NCBI RefSeq assembly: GCF_009914755.1
Contig: NC_060944.1
Length of the DNA: 64,000 nucleotides
DNA from: the human T2T-CHM13v2.0 reference genome, Homo sapiens
Direction: 5' to 3' (one strand)
The first letter of the stretch is position 1; every line of letters begins with the position of its first letter. The position numbers and the translations under genes were made by a program. Shown here piece after piece: positions 1-15,000 of the stretch. Under the pieces are notes generated by a model. It searched no databases. It was not told the DNA's origin and saw only the letters and a program-made list of their open reading frames with translations.

Positions 1-3000
1 TTTAATGAAAAGGAAAGGAATGGACTTCAATGGACTATAACGGAATGGAATGGAAAGCAATCAAAGAAAATGGAATAGAATGTACTCGAATGGAATGGAA
101 TGGAATGGAATGGACTCGAAGGAAAGGGAATGAAATTTAACAGAATGGACTTTAATGAAATGGAATCGATGGGAATGGAATGGAATTGACTCGAAAGTAA
201 TGGAATGCAATGGAATGGACTCAAATGGAATGGAAAGGGATTGACTCAAACGGAATTGAGTGAAATGGACTTGAATGGAATGGAATGGAATTGACTCGAA
301 TGGAATGGTGTGGAATAGAAGGGACTGGCATGGAATGGAGAAGAATGGAGTGCACTTGGAACAAATAATATGGAATGGAAATGAATGGACTCGAATAGAA
401 TGGAATAGAATGGAATGCAATGGAATATACTCAAAAGGAACGTAAGGTAATGGAATGAAATTTACTCAAATGAAATGGAATGTAAAGGAATGGACTCTAA
501 TGGAATGCAATGGAATAGAATGGAATGGAGTCCACTCGAGTGGAATGCAACTGAATTGAATGGGCTCGAAAGGAATGGAAAGGAATGGAATGGAATGGAA
601 TGGAATGGAATGGAATGGAATGGAATGGAATCGAAAGGAATGGAAAGGATTCTAATGGAATGGAATGGAAATGACTCGAGTGGAATTTAAGGGAATGGAT
701 TGGACTCGAATGGAATGGAATGAGATGGACAGGACAGGAAAGTAATGGAATGGAATGGACTCTAATGGAATGGAATGGAAAGGAATGGAATGGACTCGAA
801 TTGAATGGATTGGAAAGGAATGGAATGCACTCAAACGGAATGGAATGGAATTGAATGGAATTGAAAGGAATGGAATGGACAGGAATGCAATGGAATGGAA
901 TGGAATGGAATGGAATGGAATGGAATGGAATGGAATGGACTCGAATGGAATGGAAAGGAATGGGCTCGAATGGAAAGTAAAGAACTCGAATGGAATGGTA
1001 TGGAATTGACGCGAGTGGAATGTAATTGAATGGAATGGAATTGACTGTAATACAAAGGAATGCAAAGAACACGAATGAAATAGAATGCAATGGAATGGAT
1101 TTGAATGGAGTGGAAAGGAATGGACTCGAATGGAATGGAATGGAATGGATTGGAATGAAATGGACTGGAATGGAATGGAATGGAATGAATGGAATGGAAA
1201 TGACTCGAAAAAACGGAATGAAATGGACACAAACGGAATGGAATGGACTTGAATGAAATTGAATGGAATGGTCTCATAAGTAATGGAGTGCAATAGGCTC
1301 GAGTGGAATGGAATGGAATGCAATGGACTCGAATGGAATGAAAAGGAATAGAAATGACTCGAATTGAATGGAATGGAATGGAATCCAATGCAATAGAATT
1401 GATTGGAATTCACATGAACGGAATAGAATACAATGGAGTCAAATGTAAAGGAATGGACATGAATGGAATGGAACGGACTCAAATGGAATATAGTGGAATG
1501 GAATCGAATGGAATGGAATGCAATTGAATGGATTCGAATGGAAAGGAATAGATTGGATTCGTGTGGAATGGAATGGAACGGAATGGAAAGGAATGTATGC
1601 GAATGGAATGGAACGGAATGGAAAGGAATGTATGCGAATGGAATGGAACGGAATGGAATGCATTGCATCCGAAAAGAATGGAATGGAATGCAATGGAATG
1701 GAATCGAATGGAAAAGAATGGAAAGGACTGGAACGGAATGGAATGGAATGGATTGGAATGGAATGGAATGGTATGGAATATAATGGACTTCAGTGGAATA
1801 GAATGTAATGGAAAGGAATGGATTTAAAAGGAAGGGAATGGACTCTAACTGAATGGAATTGACAAGAATGGAATGCAATAGAATGGAATGGAATACAACG
1901 GAATTTAATGTAATGGACCGTAATGGAATGGAGTGGAATGGAATGGACTCGAATGGAATGGAATGGAATTGACTTGAACGGAATTGAAAGCAATGGACCC
2001 AAATGGAATGCAATGGAATGGAATGGAATGGACACGAATGGAATGGAATGGAGTGTATTGGACTCGAATGTAACAGAATGGAATAGAATGCAATGGAAAG
2101 GAATGGAATAGATTCAATCGGAATGGAATGGAATGAACTCGAATCGAATGGAATACAATGGATTGGACTCAAATGGAATGGAATAGAATTGAATGGATTC
2201 GAAAGGAATGGAATGCAATGGAATCTAATGAAATGGTTTGGAATGGAATGGAATTGAATGGAATGGACTGAAATGGAATAGAAAGGAATCGAATGGAGTG
2301 GAATGGATTGGAATGGAATGGACTCGAACGGAATGGAATGGATTCGAATGGAATGGAATGGACTCAAATGGAATAGAGCGGAATGTAAAGGAATGTACTA
2401 GAATGGAATGCAATGGAATGAACTCGAACGGAATACAATGGAATAGAATTAAATGGAATGGAATGGACCTGAATGAAATGGAATGGATTCAAATGGAATG
2501 GAATGGACCCGAATGGAATGGAATGGAAACGACTCGAGTGGAATGAAATGGAATGGAAAAGACATGAATGGATTGGAATGGAATGGACTTGAATGGAATG
2601 GAATAAAATGGAATGGAATGGACTTGAATGGAAATGAATGGGATGGAATGGAATGGACTCGAAGGGAATGGAATGGAATTTATTCCAATGTAATTGAAAG
2701 GACTCGAATGAAATTTAAAGGAATTTAATGGAATGGAATCAAATGCAATCGAATGGACTCGAATGGAATGGAATGGAATGGACCAACCTTGAATGGAATG
2801 GAATGGAATGGAATGGAATGAAATGGAATGGAATAGAATGGACTCTAATGTAATGCAATAGGATGGAATTGAATGGAATGGAATGGACTCGAATGGAATG
2901 GAATGGAATCGACCCAAGTTTAATCGAATGGAATGGAATGGTACGGACTCAAATGGAAAGGAATGAAATGGACTGGAATCGAATTTAATGAAATGGAATG

Positions 3001-6000
3001 GAATGGACTCGAATACAAAGGAATGGAACAGAATAAAAAGGAATGGAACGGAATGGAATGCACTTGAATGATTTGGAAAGGAATGGACTCAAATGGAATG
3101 GAATGGACTATAACGGAATGGAATGGAATGAAATGGAATCGAAAGAAACAGAATAGAATGGAATGGAATGGATTCGTGTAGAATGGAATGGAATGGACTC
3201 GAGTGGAATAAAATCCAATTGAATGGACTAGAAAGTAATGAAATGGAATGCTATGCAATGGAATGGAATGGATTCGAATGGAATACAATGGAATGGATTG
3301 GAATGGATTTGAATGGAATGGAATGGAATGGAACGGACTTGAAGGGAATGAAATGGAAGAGAATAGAATGGAATGGAATGGACTCGAAAGGAACGGAATG
3401 GAAAGGACTCGAATGGAATGGATTGGAATGGAAAAAATCGAGTGGAATGGAATGAAAGAGAATGGACTCGAATGGAATGGAATGGAATGGAATGGAATGG
3501 AATGGAATGGACACAAATGGAATGGAAAGGAACGGACCCAAATGGAATGGAATGCAATGGAATGGAATGGAATTCAATGCAATGGAATTGAATGGAATGG
3601 ACTTGAATAAAACGGAATTGAATGGATCCGAAAGGAATGGAAAGCAATGGAATGGAAAGGAATGGAATGGAATGGAATGGAGTGGAATGGAATGGAGTGG
3701 AATGGAGTGGAATGGAATGGAATGGAATGGAATGGAATGGAATGGAATGGAACGGAATGCAATACACTGGAATGGAATGGAATGGAATGGAATGGAATGG
3801 AATGGAATGGACTTGAATGGAATACAGTGGAACTTGATGGAACGGAACATAATGGAATGGAATGGAATGGATTCAAAAGGAATAGAATGGAATGGACTCG
3901 AATGGAATGGAATACAAAGGAAAGGACTCGAATGGATTGGAATGGAATAGAATGCACTCGACAGGAACGGAATGCAATAGAATGGCCTTGAAAGGAATGG
4001 AATGGAATTCAATGGAATGGACTCAAATGGAATGGAAAAGATTGGACCCGAATGGAATGGAATGCAATTTAATTGACTTGAATTGAGTTGATTCGAATTT
4101 ATTCGAATGAAATTGAATGGAATATAACGGATTCAAAAGTAATAGAATGGAATGGAATGGACTTGAATGTAATGGACTAGAAGGGAATGGAATGGACATG
4201 AAAGCAATGGAATGGAACGGAAAGGAGTTGAAAGGAATACAATAGAATGAAGTGGAATGGGCTCGAAAGGAATGGAATGGAATGGACTCGAATGGAATGG
4301 AATGCAATGGAATAGACTATAATGAAATGGAATGGAATTTACTCAAAGGGAATAGAAAGGAATGGAATCGAAAGGAATGGAAGGGAATGAAATGGAATCG
4401 AATGGGTTGAAATGGAATTGATTTGAGTGGAATGGAATGGAATGGAATCAAATGGAATAGAAAGGAACGGAATTGACACGAAAGGAATAGAGTGGTACTG
4501 AATCGAATGGAATGAAATGGAATGGAATCGAATGGAATAGAATGGAATGGACTCGAATGGAATGCAGCGGAATGGAATGGACTTGAATGAAATGAAGTAG
4601 AAAGGACTAGAATGGGATAGAATGGAATTGAAAGGACTCGAATGGAATGGAATGTAACGGAATGGAATAGAGTATAATGGAATGGAATTGAATTGAAAGT
4701 ACTCGAATGGAATGGAATGGAATGGCATGGAATGGACTCGTATGGAATGCAATGTAATGCAAAGAAAAGGACTCGAATGGAATGGAATGCAATGCAATGA
4801 AATGGAATGGACTCGAATTAAATGGAATGGAATTGAATGGAATGGACTCCAGTGAAATGCAATTGAATGGAATGCACTCGAAAGGAATCGAATGGATTTG
4901 AATGGAATGGAATGGACTTGAATGGAATGGACTCAAATAGAATGGAATGGAATGGACACAAATGGAAAGGAATGGACTCGAATGGAATGGAATCGAATCG
5001 AATCGACTAAAATGGAATAGAATGCATTGGAATGGACTTGAAAGGAATGAAATGGAATGGAATGGACCCGAATGGAATGGAATGGAGTGGAATGGATTCG
5101 AATGGAATGAAATGGAGTGGAACTGAATGGAATGGAAAGGAAATCAATGGAATAGAATGGAATGGAAAGTACTCAAATGGAATAGAATGGAAAGGGCTCG
5201 AATGGAATGGAATGGAATGGACTCAAATGAAATGAAATGGAATGCACTCGAATGGAATAGAATGGAATGGAGTTGAATTGAATGCAGTGGAATTTAATGG
5301 ACTTGAATGGAATGGAGTAGAATGGTCTAGAATGGAATGGAATTGAAAGGATACGAATGGAATGGAATGTAATGGAAAGGAATGGACTACAATGGAAACG
5401 AATTGAATTGAAAGGACTCGAATGGAATGGAATGCAATGGCATGGAATGGACGCGAATGGAATGCAGTGTAAGGCAAAGAAATGGACTTGAATGGAATGG
5501 AATGAAATGAAATACAATGAAATGGAATGGACTCGAATGGAATGGACTCCAATGGAATGCAATTGAATTGAATTGACTAGAAGGAATCGAATGGATTGCA
5601 ATGGAATGGAATGGACTGGAATGGAATGGACTCAAATGGAATTGAATGGAATGAAATCGAATGGAATGGAGTGGTGTCGAAAGGAATGGAATAGAATAGA
5701 ATCGACTAAAATGAAATGGAATAGAATGCACTCAAAAGAATGAACTGCAATGGAGTCAAATGGAATAGAATGGAGTAGAATCGAAAGGAATGGAAGGGAA
5801 TGGAATGGACTTGAATGGAATGTAATGGACTTCAATGGAATAGAATGGAATGGAATGGATTCGAACGGAAAGGAATGGAACGTACTCAAACGGAATGGTA
5901 TGGAGTGGACTCACATTGATTGGATTGGGATCGAATGGAATGGAAAGAAACGTACCCAAATTGAATGGAATGGAAAGGCATGGAATGGAATGGAATGTAA

Positions 6001-9000
6001 CGGAACGGAACAGAACGGAACAGAATGGAATGGAATGGAATGGACTGGAATGGATTGTAATGGAATGGAATGAAACGGAACGGAACAGAATGGAACGGAA
6101 TGGAATGGAATGGAATGGAAAGGAATGGAAAGGAATGGAATGGACTAGTTTGGAAAAGAATGGAATGGAATTGAATGGACTCGAAAGTAATGGAATGGAA
6201 TCGGTTCGTGTGGAATGGAATGGACACGAATGTAACGGAATGTAATAGAACTGACTCAAATGGAATGCAACGGAATTTAAAGGAAAAGACACTAATGGAT
6301 AGAAATGGAATGGAGACGAATGAAATAGAATGGAAAGGAATCCAATGGAATGGAATGCAATACAATAGAATCAAATGGGAGGGACTCAAACACAATGTAA
6401 TAGAATTGAATGTTGTCGAAAGGGAAGGAATGTAATGCAACGAAATGGACTCGAATGGAATGGAATGCACTGGACTCGAATGGAACGGAATGGAATGGAC
6501 TCGAATGCAATGGCATGGAATGGAATGAAATGCAATGGAATGGAATGGATTTGAGTGGAATGGAATGTATAGGAATGGAGTCGAATTGAAAAGAAAGAAA
6601 AGGAATAGAATCGAATGGAATGGAATGGACCCGCATAGAATGGAATGGCATCGAATGGAATGGAATTGACTGTAGGGGAATGGAATAGAATGAAATGGAA
6701 TGGAATTCCTTGAATGGAATAGAATTTAATGGAATGCATTGTACGCCAATGGAATGGAAAGTTATGGACTCGAAAGGAAAGCAATGGAATGGTATGGACT
6801 TCAATGGAATGGAATGGAAAGGAACTGAATGAAACGGAATGGAATGGAATGGACTCAAATGGAATGGAATGGAATGGAATGGAACGGAATAGAATGGAAT
6901 GGAATGTACTCCAATGGAATGAAATGGAATGGATCGGACTCGAATGGAATGGAATGTTATGGAATGGACTCGAATGGAATGAAAAGGAATGAAAAGGAAT
7001 GGACTTGAATGGAATGAAATGAAGTGGCATAGATTTGAAAGGAATGGAATTTAATGGACCTGAATATAATGTATTAGAATGAAATGTAATGGACTCGAAT
7101 GGAATGGAATGGAATGGATGGGAATGGAGTGGAATTGAATGGAATGGAATGGAACGGAATTTAATGAAATGGAATCGAATTGAATGGGATGGAATGGACC
7201 CGAATCGAATGGAATGGAATGGAATGGAATGGAAGGCAAAGGAAGGGAATGGAACGGAATGGAGGTGAATGGAATGGAATGGAATTGAATGGACTTGAAA
7301 GGAATGGAATGGAATGGAATGCAATGGAATGGAATGAAATGAAATGTAATGGACTCTAATGGAATGGCCTAGAATGGGCACGAATGGAAGGGAAAGAACT
7401 GGAATAGAATGAAATGGTATGAAATCGACCCGATTCTAATGGAATGGAAAGGAATGGAATGGACTTGATTGGAAAGGAATGGAATGTTCGTGAATGGAAT
7501 GGAATACAATGGAATGAAATCGACTCTAGTGGAATGAAATGGAATGGAAAGGAATCGAATGAACTTGAATGGAATGTAGTGGAATGGAATCGACTGGAAT
7601 GCAATGGAATTGAATGGACTCGAATAAAAAAGAATGTAACTGTATGGAATGGACTCGAATGGAATGGAATGCAATGGAAGGAAATGGACTTGAATAGAAT
7701 GGAATGGTATGGAATAGAGTGGAATGGAATGGAATGGACTCCAAAGGAATGGAAAGGATTGGAATGGAATGGAATGGAATGGAATAGACTCGAATAGAAT
7801 GGCATGGAATGGACTCAAATGGAATAGAGTGGACTCGCATGAAATTGAATGGAATGGAAACGATTAAAGTGGAATACAATGAAATGAAATAGACTGGAGT
7901 CAAAATAACTGAATGGACCCAAATGTAATGGAATGGAATGGAATGGAATGAAACGGACTCGAATGGAAGGGAATGGAATGGACTGGAATCAAATGCAATG
8001 AAACATAATGGAATGGAGTTGAATGGAATGGAAAGGAATGGCCACAAATGGAATGCAATGGAATGGAAAGGAATGGTATGGAATGGAATGGAATGATACG
8101 GACTGGAATGGAATGGATTGGAATAAAATATACATGAATGGAAAAAAGGTATGGAATGGAATGGACCCAAATGGAATGGAATGGACACGAATGAAATGAA
8201 ATAGAATAGAATGGACTCAAATGGAATACAATGGAATTTAATAGAATGAACACTAATGTAAAGGAATGGAAGGCACTCTAATGGAATAGAATGGAATGGA
8301 CTTGAACGGAATTGAATGGAATAGACTCGAATGGAATAGAATAGTATGGATTTGAATGGAATGGAATGCAATGGAATGGACTCAAGTAGAAAGGACAAGA
8401 ATGTAATGGAATGGAATTGAATTGATCCGAAAGGAAAGGAATGGAATGCAATGGAACGGACTTGAATGGAATGGAATACACAGGACTCGAATGGAATGGA
8501 ATGCAATGGAATGGACTTGAATGGAATGGAATGGAATGGAATGGATAGGAATGGAATGGAATAGAATTGAATGGACTCGAAAGGAATGGAATTGAATGCA
8601 ATGGAATGGACTCGAATGGAATGTAAAGGAATGGACCCGAATATAATGGAATGCAAACGAATGAACTCGAATGGAATGGAATGCAATTGTCTCGAATGGA
8701 ATTGGATGGAATGCAATGGACTTGAATTGAAGGCAATAGAATGGAATCGAATGGAATGGAATGAACTCGAATGCAATCGAATGGAATGGAATAGACTCGA
8801 ATGGAATACAATGGAATGAAAGGGAATGGACTGAATTGGAATGGAATGGAATGGAGTCGATTAGAATAGAACAGAACGGAATCAAAAGGAATGGAATGCA
8901 ATGAAATGGAATCGAGAGTGTTGGAATGGAATTATCATGAATGGAATGAAATGGAATGGACACATATGGAATACAATGGAATGGAATGGATGCTAATGGA

Positions 9001-12000
9001 ATGGAATGGAATGGACACGACTGGAATGGAATGGACTCGAACCAAATGGAATGGAATGGAATGGACTCGAATGGAATGAAATGGAATTGAATGGAATGGA
9101 CTGAAATGGAATGGAATAAAATGGACTTGAATGGAAGAAAATGGAATGGATATGAACAGAATGGAGTGGAATGGAATGGACTTCAATGGAATGGATTCGG
9201 ATGGACTCCAATGGAATGGAATGGAATGGAATGGACTCGAATGGAATGGAATGTAACGGAATGAAATGGACTCGAATTGAATGGAAAGAAATGGACTCAA
9301 GTGAAAGGGAATGGAATGGAATGAAATGGACTCGAATGGAATGCAACTGAATTGAAGGGACTCAAAAGGAATGGAATGGATTTAATGGAATGGAATGGAA
9401 TGGAAAGTAATGGACCCGAGTGGAATGGAATGGAAAGAACTCGAAAGGAATTGAATGGAATGGAACCCAATGAAATGTAATGGAATGGAATGGAAATGCA
9501 TGGAATGGATTCGAACGGAATAAAATGGAATGGAATGGAATGGAATGGATTCAAAGGGAATGCAATGGAATGGAATGGAATTTAATTTAATGAACGGACT
9601 CTAATGGAATGGAATGTACTCAAAAGCAATAGAATGGAATGGATTTGGAACGAATGGAATATAATGGAAAGGGCTCGAATTTAATGGAATTGAATGGACT
9701 TGAATTCAATATAATGGAATTCAATCGAACGGAATGGAATGGACACGAATACAATGCAATGGAATGCAATAGAATGGAATAGAATGGACTCGAATGGAAT
9801 GGAATGGACCAAAATGGAATGGAACGGAATGGACCCGAATTGAAAAGAATGGAATGGACTGCAATGGAATGCAATGGAATGGAATGGAATGGAGTTGAAT
9901 GGAATAGAAAGGAATGGATTCGAAGGGAATGAATTGGAAAGGACTAGAATTGAATGGAATGGCCTCGAATAGAATGGAATGGAATTTACTAGAATGGACA
10001 CTAATGGATTGGAATCTAATAGAATGGAACGGCATGGACTCTAATGGAATGGAATGGAATTGAATGGACTATAAAGGAATGCAATGGAATAGAATGGAAT
10101 GGAGTTGAATGGAATAGAAAGGAAAGGAAAGGAAAGGAATGGATTTGAAGGGAATGGAATGGAAAGGACTCGAATTGAATGGAATGGCCTCGAATAGAAA
10201 GGAATGGAATTTAATAGAATGGACACTAACGGATTGGAATCTAATACAATGGAATGGCAGGGACTCTAATGGAATGGAATGGAATTGAATGGACTATAAA
10301 GGTATGGAATGGAATGGAATCGAATTGAATGGAATGGAACGGACCGAAATGGAATAGAATGGACTCGAATGGAATGGAATGGAATGGAATGGAATGGAAT
10401 GGAATGGAATGGAATCCAATGGAATGCAGTTGAATGGAATGGACTTGAAAGGAATGGAATGGAAAGGAATGGAATGGAATGGAATGGAACGGAATGGAAT
10501 GGAATGGAATGGACTTGAATGCAATGGAATGAACTAGAATAGAATGGAATGGAATTGAATCAACTCAAGTGGAATGGAAGGGAATGGAGTGGACTCAAAG
10601 GAAATGGAATGCAATGGAAAGTACTCGAAAGGAATGGAATGTACTGGACCCGAATATAATGGAATGGAAAGGAATGGAACGGACTCGAATGGAATGGCAT
10701 GGAATCGAACGGACTCGAACGGAATGGAATGGAAGGTAACGGACTCGAATGGAATGGAATGGCATGGAATCTAATGGACTCGAACGGAATGGAATGGAAG
10801 GTAAAGGACTCGAATGGAATGGAATGGAATGAAATGGAATGGACTTGAAGGGAATGGAATGGAATGGAATCGAATGGAATAGAATACTATGGATTCGAAT
10901 GGAAAGGAAAGTAACGGAGCGGAATGGAATGGAATGGAAAGGAATGGAATGGAACGGACTCGAATTGAATGGCATGGAATGGAATGCACTCGAATGTAAT
11001 GGGATGGAATGGAATGAAATGGAATGGAAAGGAATGGAATCCAATGGAATGGAAAGCAATGGGACGAGTGGATTGGAATGGAATGGAATGGAATGGAAAG
11101 GAATGAAATGGACTGGAATAGAATGGAATTGTTTGGAATGGAATGTTCTTGAATTGAATAGAATGGAATGAAATGGAATGTACCCAAGTGAAATGGATTG
11201 GAATGGACACGAATGGAACGGAATGGAATGGATGGAACTCGAATGGAATGGAATGGACTCGAATGGAATGGAATAGAACGGAATGGAATGGAATGGAATG
11301 TACTCGAATGGAATGGAATGGCCTCGAATGTAATGTAATGAGGAAGAATGGACCAGAAAGGAATGTAATGCAATGGAATGGACTGAAATACAATGGAATG
11401 GAATGAAAAGGACATGAATGGAATAGAATGGAATGAATTGGAATGGATTGGATCAAATGGAATTGAATGGAATGGACTCGAATGGAGTGGAATGGACTCA
11501 AATGGAATGGAGTGGAATGGGACGGTGTCGAATACAATAGAATATAATTTACCGGATTGGACTCTAATGCAATGGACTCTAAAGGAAAAGAATGGAATGG
11601 ACTCGAATGCAATAGAATGGAATGGAAAAGTGTCAAATGGAATGGAATGGAATTTACACGAATGGAATGGAATGGAGTGGAATGAAATGGACTGGAATGG
11701 AATGGAATGGAATGATTGGAATGGAATGGAATGGAATGGAATGGAATGGAATGGAATGGACTTGAATAGAAAAGCATGGAATGGAATGGATGGGACTCGA
11801 ATGAAATGGAATGGAATGGACCAGAATCGAAAGGAATGGCCTCGAATGTAATGTAATGAGGAAGAATGGACCAGAAAGGAATGTAATGCAATGGAATGAA
11901 CAGAAATACAATGGAATGGAATGAAAAGGACCTGAATGGAATAGAATGGAATGGAATGGAATGGATTGGAATCCAATGGAATTGAATGGAATGGACTCGA

Positions 12001-15000
12001 ATGGAGTGGAATGGACTCAAATGCAATGGAGTGGAATGGGACGGTGTCAAATGAAATAGAATATAATTTACCGGATTGGACTCTAATGGAATGGACTCTA
12101 ATGGAAAAGAATGGAATGGACTCGAATGCAATAGAATGGAATGGAAAGTTGTCAAATGGAATGGAATGGAATTTACTCGAATGGAATGGAAATGGAGTGG
12201 AATGAAATGGACTGGAATGGAATGGAATGGAATGAAATGAATGGAATGGAATGGAATGAACTTGAATAGAAAAGCATGGAATGGAATGAATGGGATTCGA
12301 ATGAAATGGAATGGAATGGACCAGAATCGAAAGGAATGGATTGGACTCGAATGGAATGGAGTAAAATGGACTCGAGTGGAATGGAATGCAATGCAATGGA
12401 CTCGATTGGAATGGAATGGAATGGAATGGAATGGAACGAACTCGAATGCAAAGGAAGGGATTGGAGTTCACTTGAATGGAACAGAATGGAATGGAGTAGA
12501 ATGTAATGGAATGAACAGGAATGGAATGGAATATAACGGAATGGACTCGAATGGAATAGAAAGGAAAATAATCTAGTGGAATGGCATGGAATGGAATGGA
12601 CACAAATGGAATGGAATGGAATCGAATGGAATGGAATGGAATGGAATTCAATGGACTAGGATGTAATGGAATTGAAAGGAATTTAATGGAATGGACTTGA
12701 ATGGAATGGAAAAGAATGGACTCGAATGGAATGTAATGGACCAGAATGGAACGGAATGGAATGGACACAAATTGAAAGGAATGGAATGGAATGAAATAGA
12801 CTGGAATGGAACACAATGGAATGGAATGGAATGGAATGGAATGGAATGGAATGGAATGGAATGGAATGGAATGGATTTGAATGTAATAGAAAGGAATGGA
12901 ATCAAAGGGAATGGAATGGATTGCACTCGAATGGAATGGATTGCAATGGATTCAAATGGAAAGGAACGGAATTCAATGGACTCAAAAGGAATGGAATGTA
13001 ACGGAATGGAATGGACTCCAATGGAATGGAAGTTAATGGAATGAAATGGACTCGAATGGAATGGAATGGAATGGAATAGACTCCAATGCAATGGAATGCA
13101 TTGGAATGGATTGGAAAGGAAAAGACTCGAATGGAATAAAGTTGAATGGAATGGACTCGAAATGAATGGAATGGAATGGAATTGAATGGAATGGAATGGA
13201 ATGGAATGGACTCGAATGGAATGGAATGGAATTGACCCAAATGGAATGGATTGGAATGGAATGGAGTAGATTGGAATGGATTGGAATGTTATGCAATGGA
13301 GAGGAATGGAATGGAATGCAATGCAATGGAATGGAATCGAATGGAATAGAATAAAATGAAATGGATTTTAATCGAAGGGAAAGCAATGGAATGGTTACGA
13401 ATGGAATGGAATGGAATGGAATGGCCATGAATGGAATGGAATGGAATGGAATGGAATGGATTGGAATGGACTGGACTGCAATGGAATGGAACGGAATACA
13501 CTTGAATGAAATAGAATGGAACGCAATTGAATGGACTCGAAAGAATTGGATTGGATTGGACCAGAGTGGAATGGAATGGAATGGACTCGAATGGAATGCA
13601 ATGGACTAGAATGTAATGTAATGGAATGGAATGGAATGGAATGGAATGGACACGAATTGAATACAGTGAAATTTATTCTAACGGAATCTAATGGAATGGA
13701 ATGGATTGGAGTCGAATAGAACAGACACGAAGGGAATGGACTGCAATGGAATGGACTTGAATTGCATGGAATGGAATGGAATGGACTTGAAAAGAATGGG
13801 ATGGAATACAATGGAATGGACTCGAATGGAATGCAATGCACTGGAATGGACTCGAATGGAATGGAACGGATTTGACTCAAATGGAATTGAATGGAGTGCA
13901 CCTGAATGGAATGGAGTGGAATGGGATGGAATAAAATGGAATAGAGTGGGCTCAAATAGAATGGAATAGAACGGAATGGAATAGAATGCAGTGGAATAAA
14001 ATGGGTTTGAATGGAATGGACTGCAATGGAATCGAATAGAACGGATTCAAATGGAATAACATGGAATGCAATGTACTCGAATGCAATGGAATGGAACGGA
14101 CTCAAATAGAATGGAAAGGACTCAAACGGAATGGAATGAAATGGACTCGAATGGGATTGAATGGCATTTAATGAAGTCGAATGGAATGCAATATAACGGA
14201 ATGGAATGAACTCGAATTGAATGCAATGTAATGGAATGAAATGTGCTCGAATGGAATGGAATGGAATAGAGTGGAATGGAACGGAAGAGAATGGATCACA
14301 ATGGAATGGAATGGAATGCAATGGAGAGGAATGCAATGGAATGCAAAGGAACGGAAAGGAATCGAGTGGAATAGAACAGAATGAAATGTATTGTAATCGA
14401 ACGGAATGGAATGGAATGGTTTCGAATTGAAAGGAGTGGACTGGAATGGAATGAAATGGAATGGAATGGACTGGAATGGAATGGACTTGAATGGAATAGA
14501 ATGGAATACAGTGGAATGGACCTGAATGAAATGGAATGGAATTGACCTGAATGGAATGGAATGGAATGGAGTCGAATGGAGTTTAATGGACTTGAATGGA
14601 AAGGAATGGAATTGCATTGAATGGACTCGAATAGAATAAAATAGAATGGCTCTGAATGCAATGGAACGTAATGGAATAGACTCCAATGGAATGCAATGAT
14701 ATGGGCTCGAATGGAGTAGAATGGAGTTGAATGGAAAGTAACGGAATGGAATGGAGTGGAATGGAAAGGAATGGAATGGTATGGAATTTAATGGACTCGA
14801 AACGAATGTAATGTAATGGAATAGAATAGACTAGAATGGAATAGAATGGAAGGGAATTGAATAAAATGGAATGGAATGGAATGGGGTCGACTAGAGTTAA
14901 ATGAAATGGAATGGAATTGAATGCACTTGAAAGGAATGGAATGGAATCATCTCGAATGGAAAAGAAACGAATGGACTCTCATGGAATGGAATGCAATGGA

